Positions 1 through 11,963 of a stretch of DNA of 64,000 bases are shown here, piece by piece. The notes beneath the pieces are model-generated. The model worked only from the letters and a program-made list of their open reading frames with translations, was not told where the DNA came from and searched no databases. Origin of the DNA: Lama guanicoe (taxonomy: Eukaryota); contig MU053594.1 of NCBI GenBank assembly GCA_013239625.1, positions 2,794,127 to 2,858,126 of the forward strand, given 5' to 3'. Positions within the stretch are counted from its first letter, which is position 1, and every line of letters starts with the position of its first letter. The translations under genes were made by a program, and so were the position numbers.

Positions 1-88
1 TTTTTACTTTTTTAATAGGGGCACTGGGGATTGAATCCAGGACCTCTTGCATGCTAAGTACACACAACCACTAAGCTATACCCTCCCC
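1..88 (-). mobile_element. tRNA-derived SINE, Vic-1 type (camelid); tail runs off the window edge
   Basis: Reverse complement reads GGGGAGGGTATAGCTTAGTGG...CTTAGCATGCAAGAGGTCCTGGATTCAATCCCCAGT, with pol III A and B boxes; same family as the copies at 34241 and 55281. Confidence 0.85.
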
Positions 89-955
89 ACCAAGAGAAGT
101 CTTAATAGAAGAGGCTTGGGCTGATGCAGAAAATTGGTTACACAGTGTTGCTATTCAGCCAAAAAAAAAAAAAAGCAGAGGTTTTCTAAAGATAAATTAT
201 TGTAGGGGGAAATAAAATTAACTCCCTTAGGCATTATCTTTGGTTTGTGAGAGGAAGACTGAGGAGGCGTAAATGATGGACAGTTTTCTATCTTTCCATA
301 GGAAATAAGAACTAGTGCACAGAAACAGTGATTCCAAGTCACAAAACTCCTTCATAAAGACGTTCACAAGGAATGTGTTTGGGAATTTTTTTTCCCACAC
401 AAATGATGAATTGCCAAGTCCACCTGGCTCCAGCTCTTCTGAGGCACTATTTTAACACTTCCTGCCCTTGAATATCACTTCCCTGAGTTTTCTGCAGCTT
501 TCTTCCATGGATTCCTTAAGGACAGTTTCTTTTTGGCCCCTCACCCCAGGCATTCCTCAGCAGTTCCAGCTCTTTTCAGCAGGGCCATTTAGGTCTGAAG
601 CCTATTTTTTTTTACAACTAAACATATCCAAAGCATGGCTTGTAAAGCCACCTTTATTGAATGACAGGACTGTCATTTCTCCAAACACCTCTGGCGGTGG
701 GGTTTGATATATTCTCTATTCCCCACAGCCTTTGTACGATTTTGCTATTCTTCCACTCTGAGAGAAGAGGAGTTGATTTCTTTCTCTTGTTTGTCCAAAA
801 GACTGAGAGAAGCAGTAATGGTCTTAAGTTTCTGGAGCCCTTAGGATGTCACACTGTCACTTTTCATGGTCCAAATTGTTCTCAACACACCTAGCCTCAG
901 CAATCAACATATAGAGGATTTTTCTACAGGATTTTTGCAAACATTGTTTACCCTG

Positions 956-1279
956 TGTATACGTTTCCAACAGCTACAAACAAACTACCATAAACCTGGT
1001 GGCTCAAAACAATGGAAATTTATGATCTCAAGTTCTGAAGACCAGAAGATCAAAATCAAGGTGTGAGCAGGACCTCAGTCCCTCTGGAGGCTTGGGGGGA
1101 AGTTCTTCCTCACCTCTTCCAGCTTCAGGTGGCTATTGGCATCTTTGGCTATAGGTCTCCTCCTCTTTATGTGCTGTTCTCCTCTTCTGTCTCTTATGAG
1201 GACACTTGTCACTGGATTTAGAGCCCACTCAGGTAATCCAGGATGATCTCATCTTGAGATCCTTAACACAATTACATCC
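956..1279 (-). mobile_element. MaLR solo LTR (MLT1C/D-like), truncated at the L1 junction
   Basis: MLT1 motifs AACTACCATAAACCTGGTGGCTCAAAACAA, TCAAAATCAAGGTGTGAGCAGG and TAATCCAGGATGATCTCATCTTGAGATCCTTAAC; homologous to the fuller copy at 36000-36440. Confidence 0.8.
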
Positions 1280-1375
1280 ATAATTTTTAAAAATATTTTA
1301 TTCTTTTTATTTTTCTTAATCCTTTTAAAAATTTTCTTTGCTTTTAAAAATCTTTTAAATTAATTGTTTTTTAAT

Positions 1376-1650
1376 TTGTCTCAATTTGATCTATATTTCT
1401 CTTTGTTTTGTTCTTCTGTTATTGGTTATAGTATGTTTTCAAATCTTTTTTTCTTCCTTTAAATTTTTAAAAACTTTGTCTCAATTTGATTTTTATTTCT
1501 CTTTGTATTGTTCTTCAGTTATTGATTATACTGTTTTCAAATCTTTTTTCCTTCTTTTAATTTTTAAAATCTGTCTCCAATCTTTATTTCTCTTTGTTTT
1601 GTTCTTCTGTTATTGACTATAGTCTGTTTTCAATTCTTTTAAATTTTTTT
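1376..1650 (+). repeat. ~95-100 bp AT-rich tandem repeat, about 3 copies, in the L1 5' UTR
   Basis: Units start at 1376, 1476 and 1571 (TGTCTCAAT...TATTTCTCTTTGTTTTGTTCTTCTGTTATTG...GTTTTCAAATCTTTT). Confidence 0.85.
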
Positions 1651-1749
1651 TACTTTTATTTCCACATCCACTTAAACAAACAAATAAACAAAACTCCTTT
1701 AGGACCACACAGATAACTGATACTCCATAATCCATAGAACCAGAGAGAT

Positions 1750-2634
1750 ATAAGTAAAGTGAAGAAGCAGAGGAACCACTCTCAATTTAAAGAAGAGAAA
1801 TTCCCTGAAAGAATGATCAATGATACAGATTTTGATAGTCAATTAGATCATGATTTCAAAAAAGGAGTGATCAAAGTACTGAAGGAAATAAAAGAGACTG
1901 TGAATAGACAGAGAATACATCAAAAAGGAAATTAAAACTATAACAGGAGCCAATTAAAATTGGAAAACTCATTTGCTAAGATAAAAGCTGAGCTAATGGC
2001 TGTAAAAAGCAGGTTAGATAATGCAGAGAAATGAATAAATAACCTAGAAGACAGGATAACAGAAGGCACCCAATCAGAACAGCTGAGAGAAAAACAAATG
2101 AAAACAACAAAAGGGACCTATGGAATAAAATCAAGTGTGACAACCTACACATAATAGGGGTCCCAGAAGGAGAAGAAAGAGCAAAGGGGATTGAAAAGGT
2201 ATTTTAAGAAATCATAACTGAAAACTTCCTAAACCTAAAGAAGGAATTATATATCCAAGTACAGGAAGCATGGAGGGTCCCAAACAGGAAGAACCCAAAC
2301 AGACTCACACCAAGACATATATAATCAATATAATCAAAGATAAAGATAAAGAAATGATTCTAAACACAGCAAGAGGAAAACAAAGAGTTAGTGTAAGGGA
2401 ATACCCATAAGGCTTTAAGCTGACTTCTCTACACAAACACTGCAGGCCAGAAGGGAGTGGCAAGATATATTCAAAGTCCTAAATGAGAAAAAGATGCAAC
2501 CTAGGATATTTTATCCAGCAAGGCTCTCCTTTAGAATAGAAGGAGAGAGAAAGAACTTCACAGACAAGTAAAAACTGAAAGAATGTAGCAACACTAAACC
2601 TATGCTAAAAGAAATATTGAAAGGTCTGCTCTAA
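1750..2634 (+). pseudogene. L1 ORF1p remnant (inactive)
   Basis: A-rich L1 ORF1-like sequence: ATAATAGGGGTCCCAGAAGGAGAAGAA (IIGVPEGEE), CAGGCCAGAAGGGAGTGGCAAGATATATTC (QARREWQDIF), ATATTTTATCCAGCAAGGCTC (IFYPARL); stop TAA at 2632-2634; disrupted. Confidence 0.85.
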
Positions 2635-3033
2635 ATAGAAAAGAAGCAAGATGCTACAGAAAGAAGAAAGCCATATATGGAAAGGAGATAACTACAGTGA
2701 GTTATAACAGAATAAATATGAAGATGTAAAACAGGACATCAAAATCATTAAGGGTGGGAGAGGGTAGCAAGGAAATACAGACTTTTTGGCTTTTGTTGTT
2801 GTTGTTCTTTATAGGATGTATTTGAGCTTGTATCACTATCACTTTAAAATGAACAGATATAGTAATGAGTTAATATACATAAAAACCATGGTAACCACAA
2901 GCCAAAAGCTTACAATACAGTCACAAAAACTAAAAAGAAACCAAGCTAGTACAAAGGAAAATTATCAAACCGCAAAAAGAAAAAGAAAGGAACAAAGAGG
3001 AAATACCAAATCAACTGGAAAACTAAGTTCAAA

Positions 3034-5594
3034 ATGGCAATAAACACACATTTACCAATAATTACCATAAATGTCAGTGGATTAAATGCTCCAATCAAAA
3101 GACACAGAGTGGCAGACTGGATAATAAAACAAGAACTATAATATGCTGCATACAAGAGACCCACTTTAGGGAGAAGGACACACATAGATTGAAAGTGAGA
3201 GGATTGAAAAAGATATTCCATGCAAATGGAAATGACAAGAAAGCAGGAGTAGCAATACTGATTTCAGACAAAATAGACTTCAAAACAAAGGCCATAAAGA
3301 AAAATAAAGAAGGAAAGTAATGATTAAAGGAGCAATACAAGATGAGGATATTATACTCATTAACATATATGCACCCAATATAGGAGCACCCAAATACATA
3401 AAGCAAATACTAACAGATATAAGGGGAGAAACTGATGGGAACACAGTCATAATAGGAGATGTTAACACTTCATTAATATCACTGGACAGATCTTCCAGAC
3501 AGAAAATTAATAAGGCAACAGAGAAGCTAAATGATACAATAGGACAATTAGACTTGGTTGATATTTTCAGAACATTACATCCCCCTATAATAAAATATAC
3601 ATTCTTTTCAAGTGCACATGGAATATTTTCTAGGATAGATCATGTACTCAGGCACAAGAGAAGCCTCAACAATTTAAGAAGATAGAAATTATTTCAAGCA
3701 TCTTTTCTGACTACAATGCCATGAAACCAAAAGCCTTCCCACTAAAATCTGGAACAAGACAAGGAAGGATGCACTCTTTCACCACTCCTATTCAAAATAG
3801 TCTTGGATGTCCTAGCCACAGCAATCAGGCAAGAAAAAGAAATAAAAAGGATCCAAACTGGAAGAGAAGAGGTAAAACTGTCGTTATATGCAGATGACAT
3901 GATACTATACATAGAAAAATCCTAAAAGCTCCACACAAGACCTACTAGAGCTGATAAAAAAATTTGGCAAGGTAGCAGGATATGAGATTAACATACAAAA
4001 ATCAATTGCATTTCTTTACACCAAGAATGAATTAGCAGGAAAAGAAAATAAAGATACAGTCCTTTTAAAATTGCATTCAAAATAATCAAATACTTAGGAA
4101 TAAATCTGACCAAGAAGGTGAAAGGCTTATACATGGAGAACTACAAAACATTGATTAAGAAAATTAAAGATGACTTAAAGAAATGGAAAAATAGTCTATG
4201 CTCTTGGATTGGAAGAATCAATATAATTAAAACAGCCATACTGCCCAAGGCAATCTACAGATTGAATGTGATCCCTATCAAATTATCCAGGACATTTTTC
4301 ACAGAACTAGAGCAAAACATCCTAAAATTTATATGGAATCACAAAAGACACAGAACTGCCAAAGCAATATTGGAGAAAAAGAATGAAGCTGGAGGAATAA
4401 CCCCCAGATTTCAGACAATACTACAGAGCTACAGTAATTAAAAGAGTATGGTATTGGCATAAAAATAGACATATGGATCAATGGAACAGAATAGAGAGCC
4501 CAGAAATAAACCCACAAACTTTTGATCAATTAATCTTCAACAAAGGAGGCAAGAATATACAATGGAGAAAAGACAATCTCTTTAGCAAGTGGTGTCGGGA
4601 AAACTGGATAGCAGCATGTAAATCAATGAAGTTAGAACACTCCCTCATACCACACACAAAAAAACCCTCAAAATATCTTAAAGATTTAAATATAAGACAA
4701 GACGTGATAAACATCCTAGACAGAAAACATAGGCAAAACATTCTCTGACATAAATCTTAGCGATGTTCTCCTAGGGCAGTCTACCAGGCAATAAAAATAA
4801 AAGCAAAAATAAACAAGTGAGACCTAATTAAACTTAAAAGTTTTTACACAGCAAAGGAAACCATAAGCAAAACAAAATGACAGCCTATGGAAAGGGAGAC
4901 AATATTTGCAAAAGATATGACTGACAAAGGCTTAATTTCCAGAATATACATATAAACAGCTCATACAATTCAATAACAACAACAAAAAATAAAACACAAA
5001 CAAGCCAATCCAAAAACGGGCAGAAAACCTAAACAAGCAATTCTCCAATGAAGACATACAAATGGCCAATAGGCATGTGAAAAAATGCTCAATATCACTA
5101 ATTATCAGAGAAATGCAAATCAAAACACACCAGTCAGAATGGCCATCATTCAAAAGTCTACAAACAATAAATGCTGGAGAGGGTGTGGAGAAAAGGGAAC
5201 ACTTCTACACTGCTGGTGGGATGTAGTTTGGCGCAGCCATTACGGAAAACAGTATGGAGATTCCCCCAAAAAACTAAAAATAGACTTACCATATGACCCA
5301 GCAATCCCACTTCCCCGGAGGGAACCCTAATTCAAAAAGGCACATGCATCCCAATGTTCATAGCAGCAGTATATACAATAGTCAAGACATGGCAGCAACC
5401 TAAATGTCCATCCAAAGATGACTGGATAAAGAAGTTGTGGTATATTTATATAATGGAATACTACTCAGCCATAAAAAGAATAAAATAATTCTATTTGCAG
5501 CAACATGGATGGACCTAGAGGTCATCATTCTAAGTGAAGTAGACCAGAAAGAGAAAGAAAAACACCATATGATATCACTCATATGTAGAATCTA
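3034..5594 (+). pseudogene. L1 ORF2p remnant (endonuclease / RT / C-terminal), internally deleted and frameshifted
   Basis: MAINTHLPIITINVSGLNAPIKRHRVADWI; ORF-track pieces 3320-3685 (INIYAPNIGAPKYI, FSRIDHV), 4118-4441 and 4473-4748 ([13 protein letters not shown]); YADD motif. Confidence 0.93.
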
Positions 5595-5969
5595 AAAAGA
5601 AAAAGAAAAAGAAAAAAAAAGGACACTATGCACTCATCTACAAAACAGAAATAGACTCACAGACACAGTAAACAATCTTATGATTACTGGGAAAAGGCAG
5701 TGGGAAGGGATAAATTTGGGAGTTTGAGATTTGTAAATATTAGCTACTATACACAAAAAGATTTTAAAAGTGTCTTCTGTATAGCACAGGGAACTATATT
5801 CAATATTTTATAATAATCTTTAATGAAATAGAATATGAAAACAAATACATGTATGTATATGCATAGCTGGTACATTGTGCTGTACACCAGAAACTGACAC
5901 ATTGTAACTCATTATACCTCAATAAAAAAAGAAAAAAAATACTTGATACCATTAGAGCATAATACAAGT

Positions 5970-6384
5970 TACAAATTTGCATATCAGAAATTAACTGAGA
6001 AATTCTCAAATATTTTATTAATTTATTAAAAAAATCAATAATAAACCAATCACATGTTAACATAAATAATATTTTTTACAAAAAAAAACTATTTCCAAAA
6101 ATTTAGTGGGAAGAGTGACATTATTTTACATTTTTGCCAATGTCTCTGAAGTTTGTCTTAAAAGAAAACAGCTAATTTCCCATATCTGCTTCTCCGTTTA
6201 ATCTCTAGCGATATATAACCTCTTGAAAAGGTCATGAAAGTATGAAAGCACAAAGGACAAATGGTGTTATATTATTAAGACGAGAATTTGATCTTCCAGA
6301 TCCCAAGAAAGTGTCCTGGGGACCCTCCTAAAAAGAGTCTTTGAGACCCTCAGCAATCCCTGAACCATGTTTTGAGAAATGCTA
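5970..6384 (-). mobile_element. hAT-Charlie DNA transposon (Charlie1-like)
   Basis: ATTTAGTGGGAAGAGTGACATTATTTTACATTTTTGC...CATATCTGCTTCT and terminal CCCTGAACCATGTTTTGAGAAATGCT match the recalled Charlie1 left end. Confidence 0.75.
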
Positions 6385-7124
6385 ATCTAACCAATTTTTG
6401 CACGTTTGTACTGTTTATAAACTGCGTCTTGATAATAGCAATACTTCCAAGATGTTTGAGTACATTATTCAGTAAGCCATCTGAAAAGCTGAAATGCTGT
6501 CATTCATTAGCATGAAGCAAACATTTTCAATAATTAAAAAAGCAACCATTTACTAACAACTTTGCACACAGTAGTAGACCCTTTGTTCAGGACTTGAGGC
6601 TCCTTTTTTTTAAACTAAATTCCTACAACACTGTGAGTTAGATTATCCCATCTTTAATGAGGAAAGGGACCAGAAGTTTAGCATTTGCCTGTATTTCAAC
6701 AGTGGTCTTCCTAAAGCCCATACTATCAATACAACATATACCGCCTCCCATGAGACAGAGAGAATAAAACAGGGGGAGAGAGCAGGTGAGGAGTGGAGGA
6801 CAGTGGTGTGTAAAATTATGATGTGTCGTTATGTTAGCATATCAATATCATGGCAGTTTCTTAGAGCTTAGCTAAGCAAGTGTGAGAATTAGATTTTTCA
6901 AATAATTTTCCTTTTACCTACTAGATAGTTGAATCACTGTAGCTTTAGCAATGAGATAAAAAGCAAAACATTCACCTAGAATCATCTGCACGATGCAGGT
7001 AGATTTTGTACAGGTGACTCTGCTATATCTTGTTTGTTTTTACTGTAACTTCTCATTATTTCCATATATTTGCCTTTTCATACCAATGAATAGTATCACT
7101 GATGTACTGATGATAACAATATTA

Positions 7125-7500
7125 GCATGTAACAGCTTTTCTTATTGAGGATCCCCTTATACTAACCCCGTTCTAAATGCTTTATTGACATTTAATCATC
7201 ACAACAACTCTATAGGGTAGTTTTTAATCAACAGCCGACCCTCTGTTTCTGCAAGTTTTGCATGCATGGATTCAAGCAACTGAAATTTTGAAATTTCCAT
7301 CCATGATTGATTGAATCCGCAGATGCAATGCCTGCAGATACGAAAGGCAGGTGGCACTATACCATTTTAGACAACAAACTTGAGCATCCTCGTATCTTGA
7401 TACCTGCGTGGGCTTCTGCAACCCCCTGCAGATACCGAGGGATGACTGTACCACAGTTTTATAGATGAAGAAACTGAGGCTTAAAGAGGAAAAAGGCTTA
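7125..7500 (-). mobile_element. MIR interrupted by a Tigger MITE
   Basis: CATTTAATCATCACAACAACTCTATAGGGTAG before the insert; core TTTTATAGATGAAGAAACTGAGGCTTA after it. Confidence 0.75.
7232..7448 (-). mobile_element. TcMar-Tigger MITE (MER2/Tigger2-like)
   Basis: Terminal inverted repeats CAGCCGACCCTCTG...CCGAGGGATGACTG, TA at 7449-7450; homologous to 46175-46357. Confidence 0.8.
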
Positions 7501-8856
7501 CAGTGGAGGAAAGTAGGACTGAACGAAAGCCTGCGTCTTTAACTGCTTTCTATCACCTCCATGGAAAATGTATTTCCTCCATCTTTTTATGCTCTGTAGC
7601 ACCCAGTTAATGCTAAAGGACTGAATAATAAGGCTGTAAGACTGCTATGACCAGTATCCCTAAGTACTGTTGTCCTCCAGCCCAAGATCTTTGAGCCACT
7701 TCCCATGGAGCACAGCAACCCTGTACCCAAGTCCTGTGTGACTCAGTCCAGTGTCCAAGATCTGGCCAGTGTGTGTCTTCTGATCCACAGTGGTGACAAG
7801 CCACGGAGCACAGAATGCACTGTGATTACTTCTTTCTTTTAAAACAGCATAAGCCATTTCAGAAAAGTTGGATTATACAATATGTTAGAAATTCATAACA
7901 TTTCTTTCTGGAGTTGACACTGACCATTGGCTCAGATATCTATATTAGGTTCTGGCACTGGTCCATGTTTTTAGGAGGAAAACAATTTCCTGGGAAAGCA
8001 TTGGAAGTGGGTATAATCATAACAACCCTGTGACAATTATAGAACATGAGGACAGAGCCACTAAAATAGGTTGAAATGTATAAAATACATTGAAATTTTA
8101 AAAACAGCCTGAAAGGCTTTAGAAGAAAAGTTTTGTGTAAAATCTAAGTTAAAAATTACATATAAAGTCAAAGGCTATAATGTGTGTGTATATATAACTA
8201 TTTATTCATATTGACACACGAATGAAATTTAGTATACTGAGTATATATTTGCTTTAGTAGAAGAAAATACATGTGCAAAGACTTGATATCATCTTGAACC
8301 CCTTGCTTCTGGAAGATCTCGGCCAACAAGATCTGAGCCCAAATCCACAGCTTGGGGAGAGTCTGGCTCACCCCACCTCCCCACATTTTCTGTAACTTCT
8401 AGGACATTCTCTGTCTCTCCATTCTACTGCCTCAATTCCATAGCATGTCCTTTCAGGCATAAATCCCAACCCCTGGACCACATCCCACGTCTGCCCCAAC
8501 CGCAACACACAAATCCATCTGCACCCAAGCATTTTGTAAGTTTAATAACTTTACTAATGATTTGAGGATTATGAGATTGAGTTTGCATCTTGTGCCTCCA
8601 ACATCATCTCTTCCCTCATTTCTTCTTCCTCCTTCTTCTCTCACTGGGTTAATGAGATTTTTCCCTTTCACATGTGGAGAAGATTCACTTCTACCCAGCT
8701 GTCTCAGTTCTTTTCCTCTCAAATAAATGCTGTGTCCTTCCTAGGAGGAACTGGAAAATAAAATTGCCTCTGTCTTCTTACACGTGAACATGTGATCCAT
8801 CAACAGTGTATGAAGAGTCCATGGCTCCTTGCTGCTCTCTGATGTATTGATGGACC

Positions 8857-9080
8857 AGGACTCTGGCTTGCAAGGGACAGAAACCAAGCTCAAACTGGTT
8901 TAAACATGCAAGGGAACCTACGGGCTTCACCTACACTAACCTCACGTGAAGCTTGATACAGCACTTAACTGAGTCATCAGGGCCTCCCTCTGTCACTCAA
9001 CTCTGCTCTCCCTCTACGGCAAGTTCTCCGTAGGTGGTGACACTTAAGACCCCAGTCTTGGAAAAAGCTATAGCCGATGG
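8857..9080 (-). mobile_element. Old MaLR LTR fragment (MLT1K/L-like)
   Basis: GGACTCTGGCTTGCAAGGGACAGAAACCAAGCTCAAACTGGTTTAAAC resembles an MLT1K/L end. Confidence 0.5.
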
Positions 9081-9760
9081 CTTGATCATTATGAAGTTGA
9101 TCACATGTTTGTCTATGCTTGGTGCCTAGTACATTGCCTGGAACATAATGAGAACCCAATAAATATTCGCTGAACTCAACTATTTGTTTAACTGATATTT
9201 ATTAAGTGTGTATATGTGTCAGCCTTGAGAATACAGTAGCAAAGCAAACAAAGTCTCTGCTCTCATTCAGCATGGATTCTGCTGAAGGAGACAGGTAATA
9301 AACAAATTAGAGAATTTCACATAGTGAAAAGGGCTCTGAATAAAGTAGACTAGGCAATGTGATAGATGGTGACTAAGGGGTGGCAGAGGGCACAGGGTAG
9401 ACAAGGTCAGGGAAGGATCTCTTCAAAGAGGAAATATTTGAGGTTAGATCTGAATGATAAGAAAGAACTAAGAAGGAGCCAACTGTGTGAAATTAGAGAA
9501 GAATGTTCCAAGCAAAGAGAAAAGCAGAGCAAAAGCCTTACAGCAGGAATGAGTTTAGCAGGTGTAACACATGAGATCAGTGACGTTGGAACATAATGAA
9601 CAAGGAGATTGCTATATCACAGGAGGTCAGGGAGGTCAGCCATCAACAAACCATCGACAAGCCATCGACAAACTATAGGTCATAGAGATCATCTGAATTT
9701 TATTCTGGTGCAATGAGAAGCTACCAGAAGATGGTACACAAGAATAATATGATCTGCTTA

Positions 9761-11745
9761 TTTTTTTTTATTGTGGTAAAACACCCAGAACATAAAATTT
9801 GCCATCTTAACAATTTTTAAGTGTATAATTCACATTGTTGTGCAACCAATCTCCAAGAACATTTTTATCTTGCAAAACTAAACTTTGTATTCATTAAACA
9901 ATTCCTCATTTCCCCTTCCCCTAGCCCCTGGCAACTACCACTCTCCTGTCTCTGTGAATTTGACTACTTAAAAAAAACGCATATAAGTAGAATCATACAG
10001 CATTTACCATTTTGTGACTGACTTATTTCACTTATAGTGTTCTCAAGTTTCATCCATGTTGTAGCATGTGTAAGAATTTTCTTTTTTAAGGCTGAATAAT
10101 ATTCCATTCTATGTATATATATTTTGTTTATATATTCATCCATTTTGTTTATATATTCATCCATCTGTGGACATTTGCGTTTCTTCCACCTTTTAGCTAT
10201 TGTGAATAATGCTGCTATGAACATGAGTGTATGGATATCTCCTCAAAACCTTGGCTTCAAATCAAAACCTCACACCAGTCAGAATGGCCATCATTGAAAA
10301 GGTCTACAAACGATAAATGCTGGAGAGGGTGTGTCGAAAAGGGAATGCTTCTACACTGCTGGTGGGAATGTAGTTTGGTACAGCCACTGTGGAAAACAGT
10401 TTGGAGATTCCTTAAAAAACTGAAAATAGACTTACCCTATGATCCAGCAATCCCACTCCTGGGCATGTATCTGGAGGGAACTCTAAATTGAAAAGATGCA
10501 TGCACGCTAATGTTCATAGCAGCACAATATACAATATCCAAAACATGGAAGCAACTTAAATGTCCATCAACAGATGACTAGACAATATATATAGTGGAAT
10601 ATACTCAGCCATAAAAAAGAATAAAATAATGCCACTTGCAGTAACATGGATTTTCCTGGAGATCATCATACTAAGTGAAATAAGACAGAAAAAAAGAAAG
10701 GAAAATACCATATGATATCACTCATGTGGAATCTGAAAAAATGACACAAATGAACTTATTTACAAAACAGAAGCAGACTCACAGACATAGAAAACAAATT
10801 TATGGTTACCAAAGGGGAAAGGGTGGGTGGAGAGATGAATCAGGAGCTTGGGATTTGCAGATACTAACTACTATATATAAAATAGATAAACAACGAGGTC
10901 CTACTGTATAGCACAAGGAACTATATTCAATATCTTGTAATAGCCTATGATGAAAAAGTATCTGAAAAGGAATATACACATATATGTGTAACTGAATCAA
11001 TATGCTGTACACCAGAAATTAACACAACATTGTAAACTGACTATACTTCAGTAAAAAAGAAGAGTAATGTACAAAAATCACAAAAATAAAATAAAATAAA
11101 ATAAAATAAAATTCTTTTGAGTATGTATTTCAATTCTGAAATCATAGGTATTTCTATTTTTAATTTTTCGAGGTCTGACATACTGTTTTTCACAATGGTT
11201 GCACCATTTTACATTTCCACAAACAGTGCATAAAGGTTCCAGCTTCTTCACATTCTTACCAACACTTGCTATTTTGTTTTTTCACACCCATCCTAAGGGA
11301 TGTAAGGCAGTATCTCACTGTGGTTTTTATTTGCATTTCCCTAGTGATTAGTGAAATCAAGCATCTTTTTATGTGCTTGTTGATCATCTGTATATCATCT
11401 TTGGAGAAATGTCTATTCAAATCCTTTGCCTATTTTTTTGTTTGGGCCATTGTTGTTGTTGTTGAGTTTCAGGTGTTCTTTATATATTCTGGATATGAAC
11501 CCTTTATCAGACATATAATTTGCAAATATTTTCTCCCATTTTGTAATTGCCTTTTCACTCTGTTGATTATATCCTTTGATGTACAGTTTTTAATTTTAAT
11601 GTAGTCTAATTTATCTTTTTTTTTCCTTTTGCCCTCTATTTTTTGGTATTATATTCAATAAATCATTGCCAAATCCAAAGTCATGAGGTTTGCCTTATGT
11701 TTTCTTCTAGGAGTTTCATAGTTTTAGCTCTTACATTAAGGTCAA
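9761..11745 (-). mobile_element. Old L1 (L1MB-like) 3' part, split by a younger L1 (pieces 9761-10260 and 11111-11745)
   Basis: TTGTGGTAAAA...CATAAAATTTGCCATCTTAAC 3' end; minus-strand ORF MFIAALFTIAKRWK; sequence is contiguous across the insert (GCTTCAA / TTCTTTTGAGTAT). Confidence 0.85.
10258..11110 (+). mobile_element. 5'-truncated lineage-specific L1 3' end with (AAAAT)n tail
   Basis: ORF2 C-terminus [18 protein letters not shown]...[12 protein letters not shown]; 3' UTR homologous to other copies in the window. Confidence 0.95.
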
Positions 11746-11963
11746 TTTACATTCTCGAAAGATCACTTTGACTCCTGGTAAGAAATAGATTATAGAGAGG
11801 CAAGAATGAAGCAGAGAGATCAATTAGAAGGCTCCCCCTGTAGCAAGGGATGATGGTAACTTGGGCCAGAATGGCAGTATGGAGAAGATTCAAGCCAGCA
11901 GAACATTTACTGAGTGTCTTCTCCATGGGACTACCAACTGTTGAATGTCTATTGTGTGCTGCC

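Larger units (their letters stand above)
1280..5939 (+). mobile_element. LINE-1, decayed: partial 5' UTR, ORF1, ORF2 with internal deletion, 3' UTR and poly(A)
   Basis: ORF1 remnant, ORF2 endonuclease N-terminus at 3034, RT YADD at 3887-3898, C-terminal [22 protein letters not shown] and A-rich tail at 5921-5939; many stops and frameshifts. Confidence 0.97.
9181..11900 (-). mobile_element. L2 element split by nested L1 insertions (pieces 9181-9760 and ~11746-11900)
   Basis: L2 3' end ATATTTATTAAGTG...; ATGATCTGCTTA near 9750 resumes as TTTACATTCTCGAAAGATCACTTTG...GAAGCAGAGAGATCAATTAGAAGGCT at 11746. Confidence 0.75.

Noticed and set aside
9640..9672. Tandem CCATCGAC motif, also present in reverse complement at ~31813-31843
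   Set aside because: Short local slippage repeats with different periods; the shared 8-mer is plausibly coincidence.
10121..10162. Perfect 21-bp tandem duplication within the old L1 (also AAGACTGAA x3 at ~16291-16320)
   Set aside because: Real but ordinary replication-slippage events inside dead repeats.
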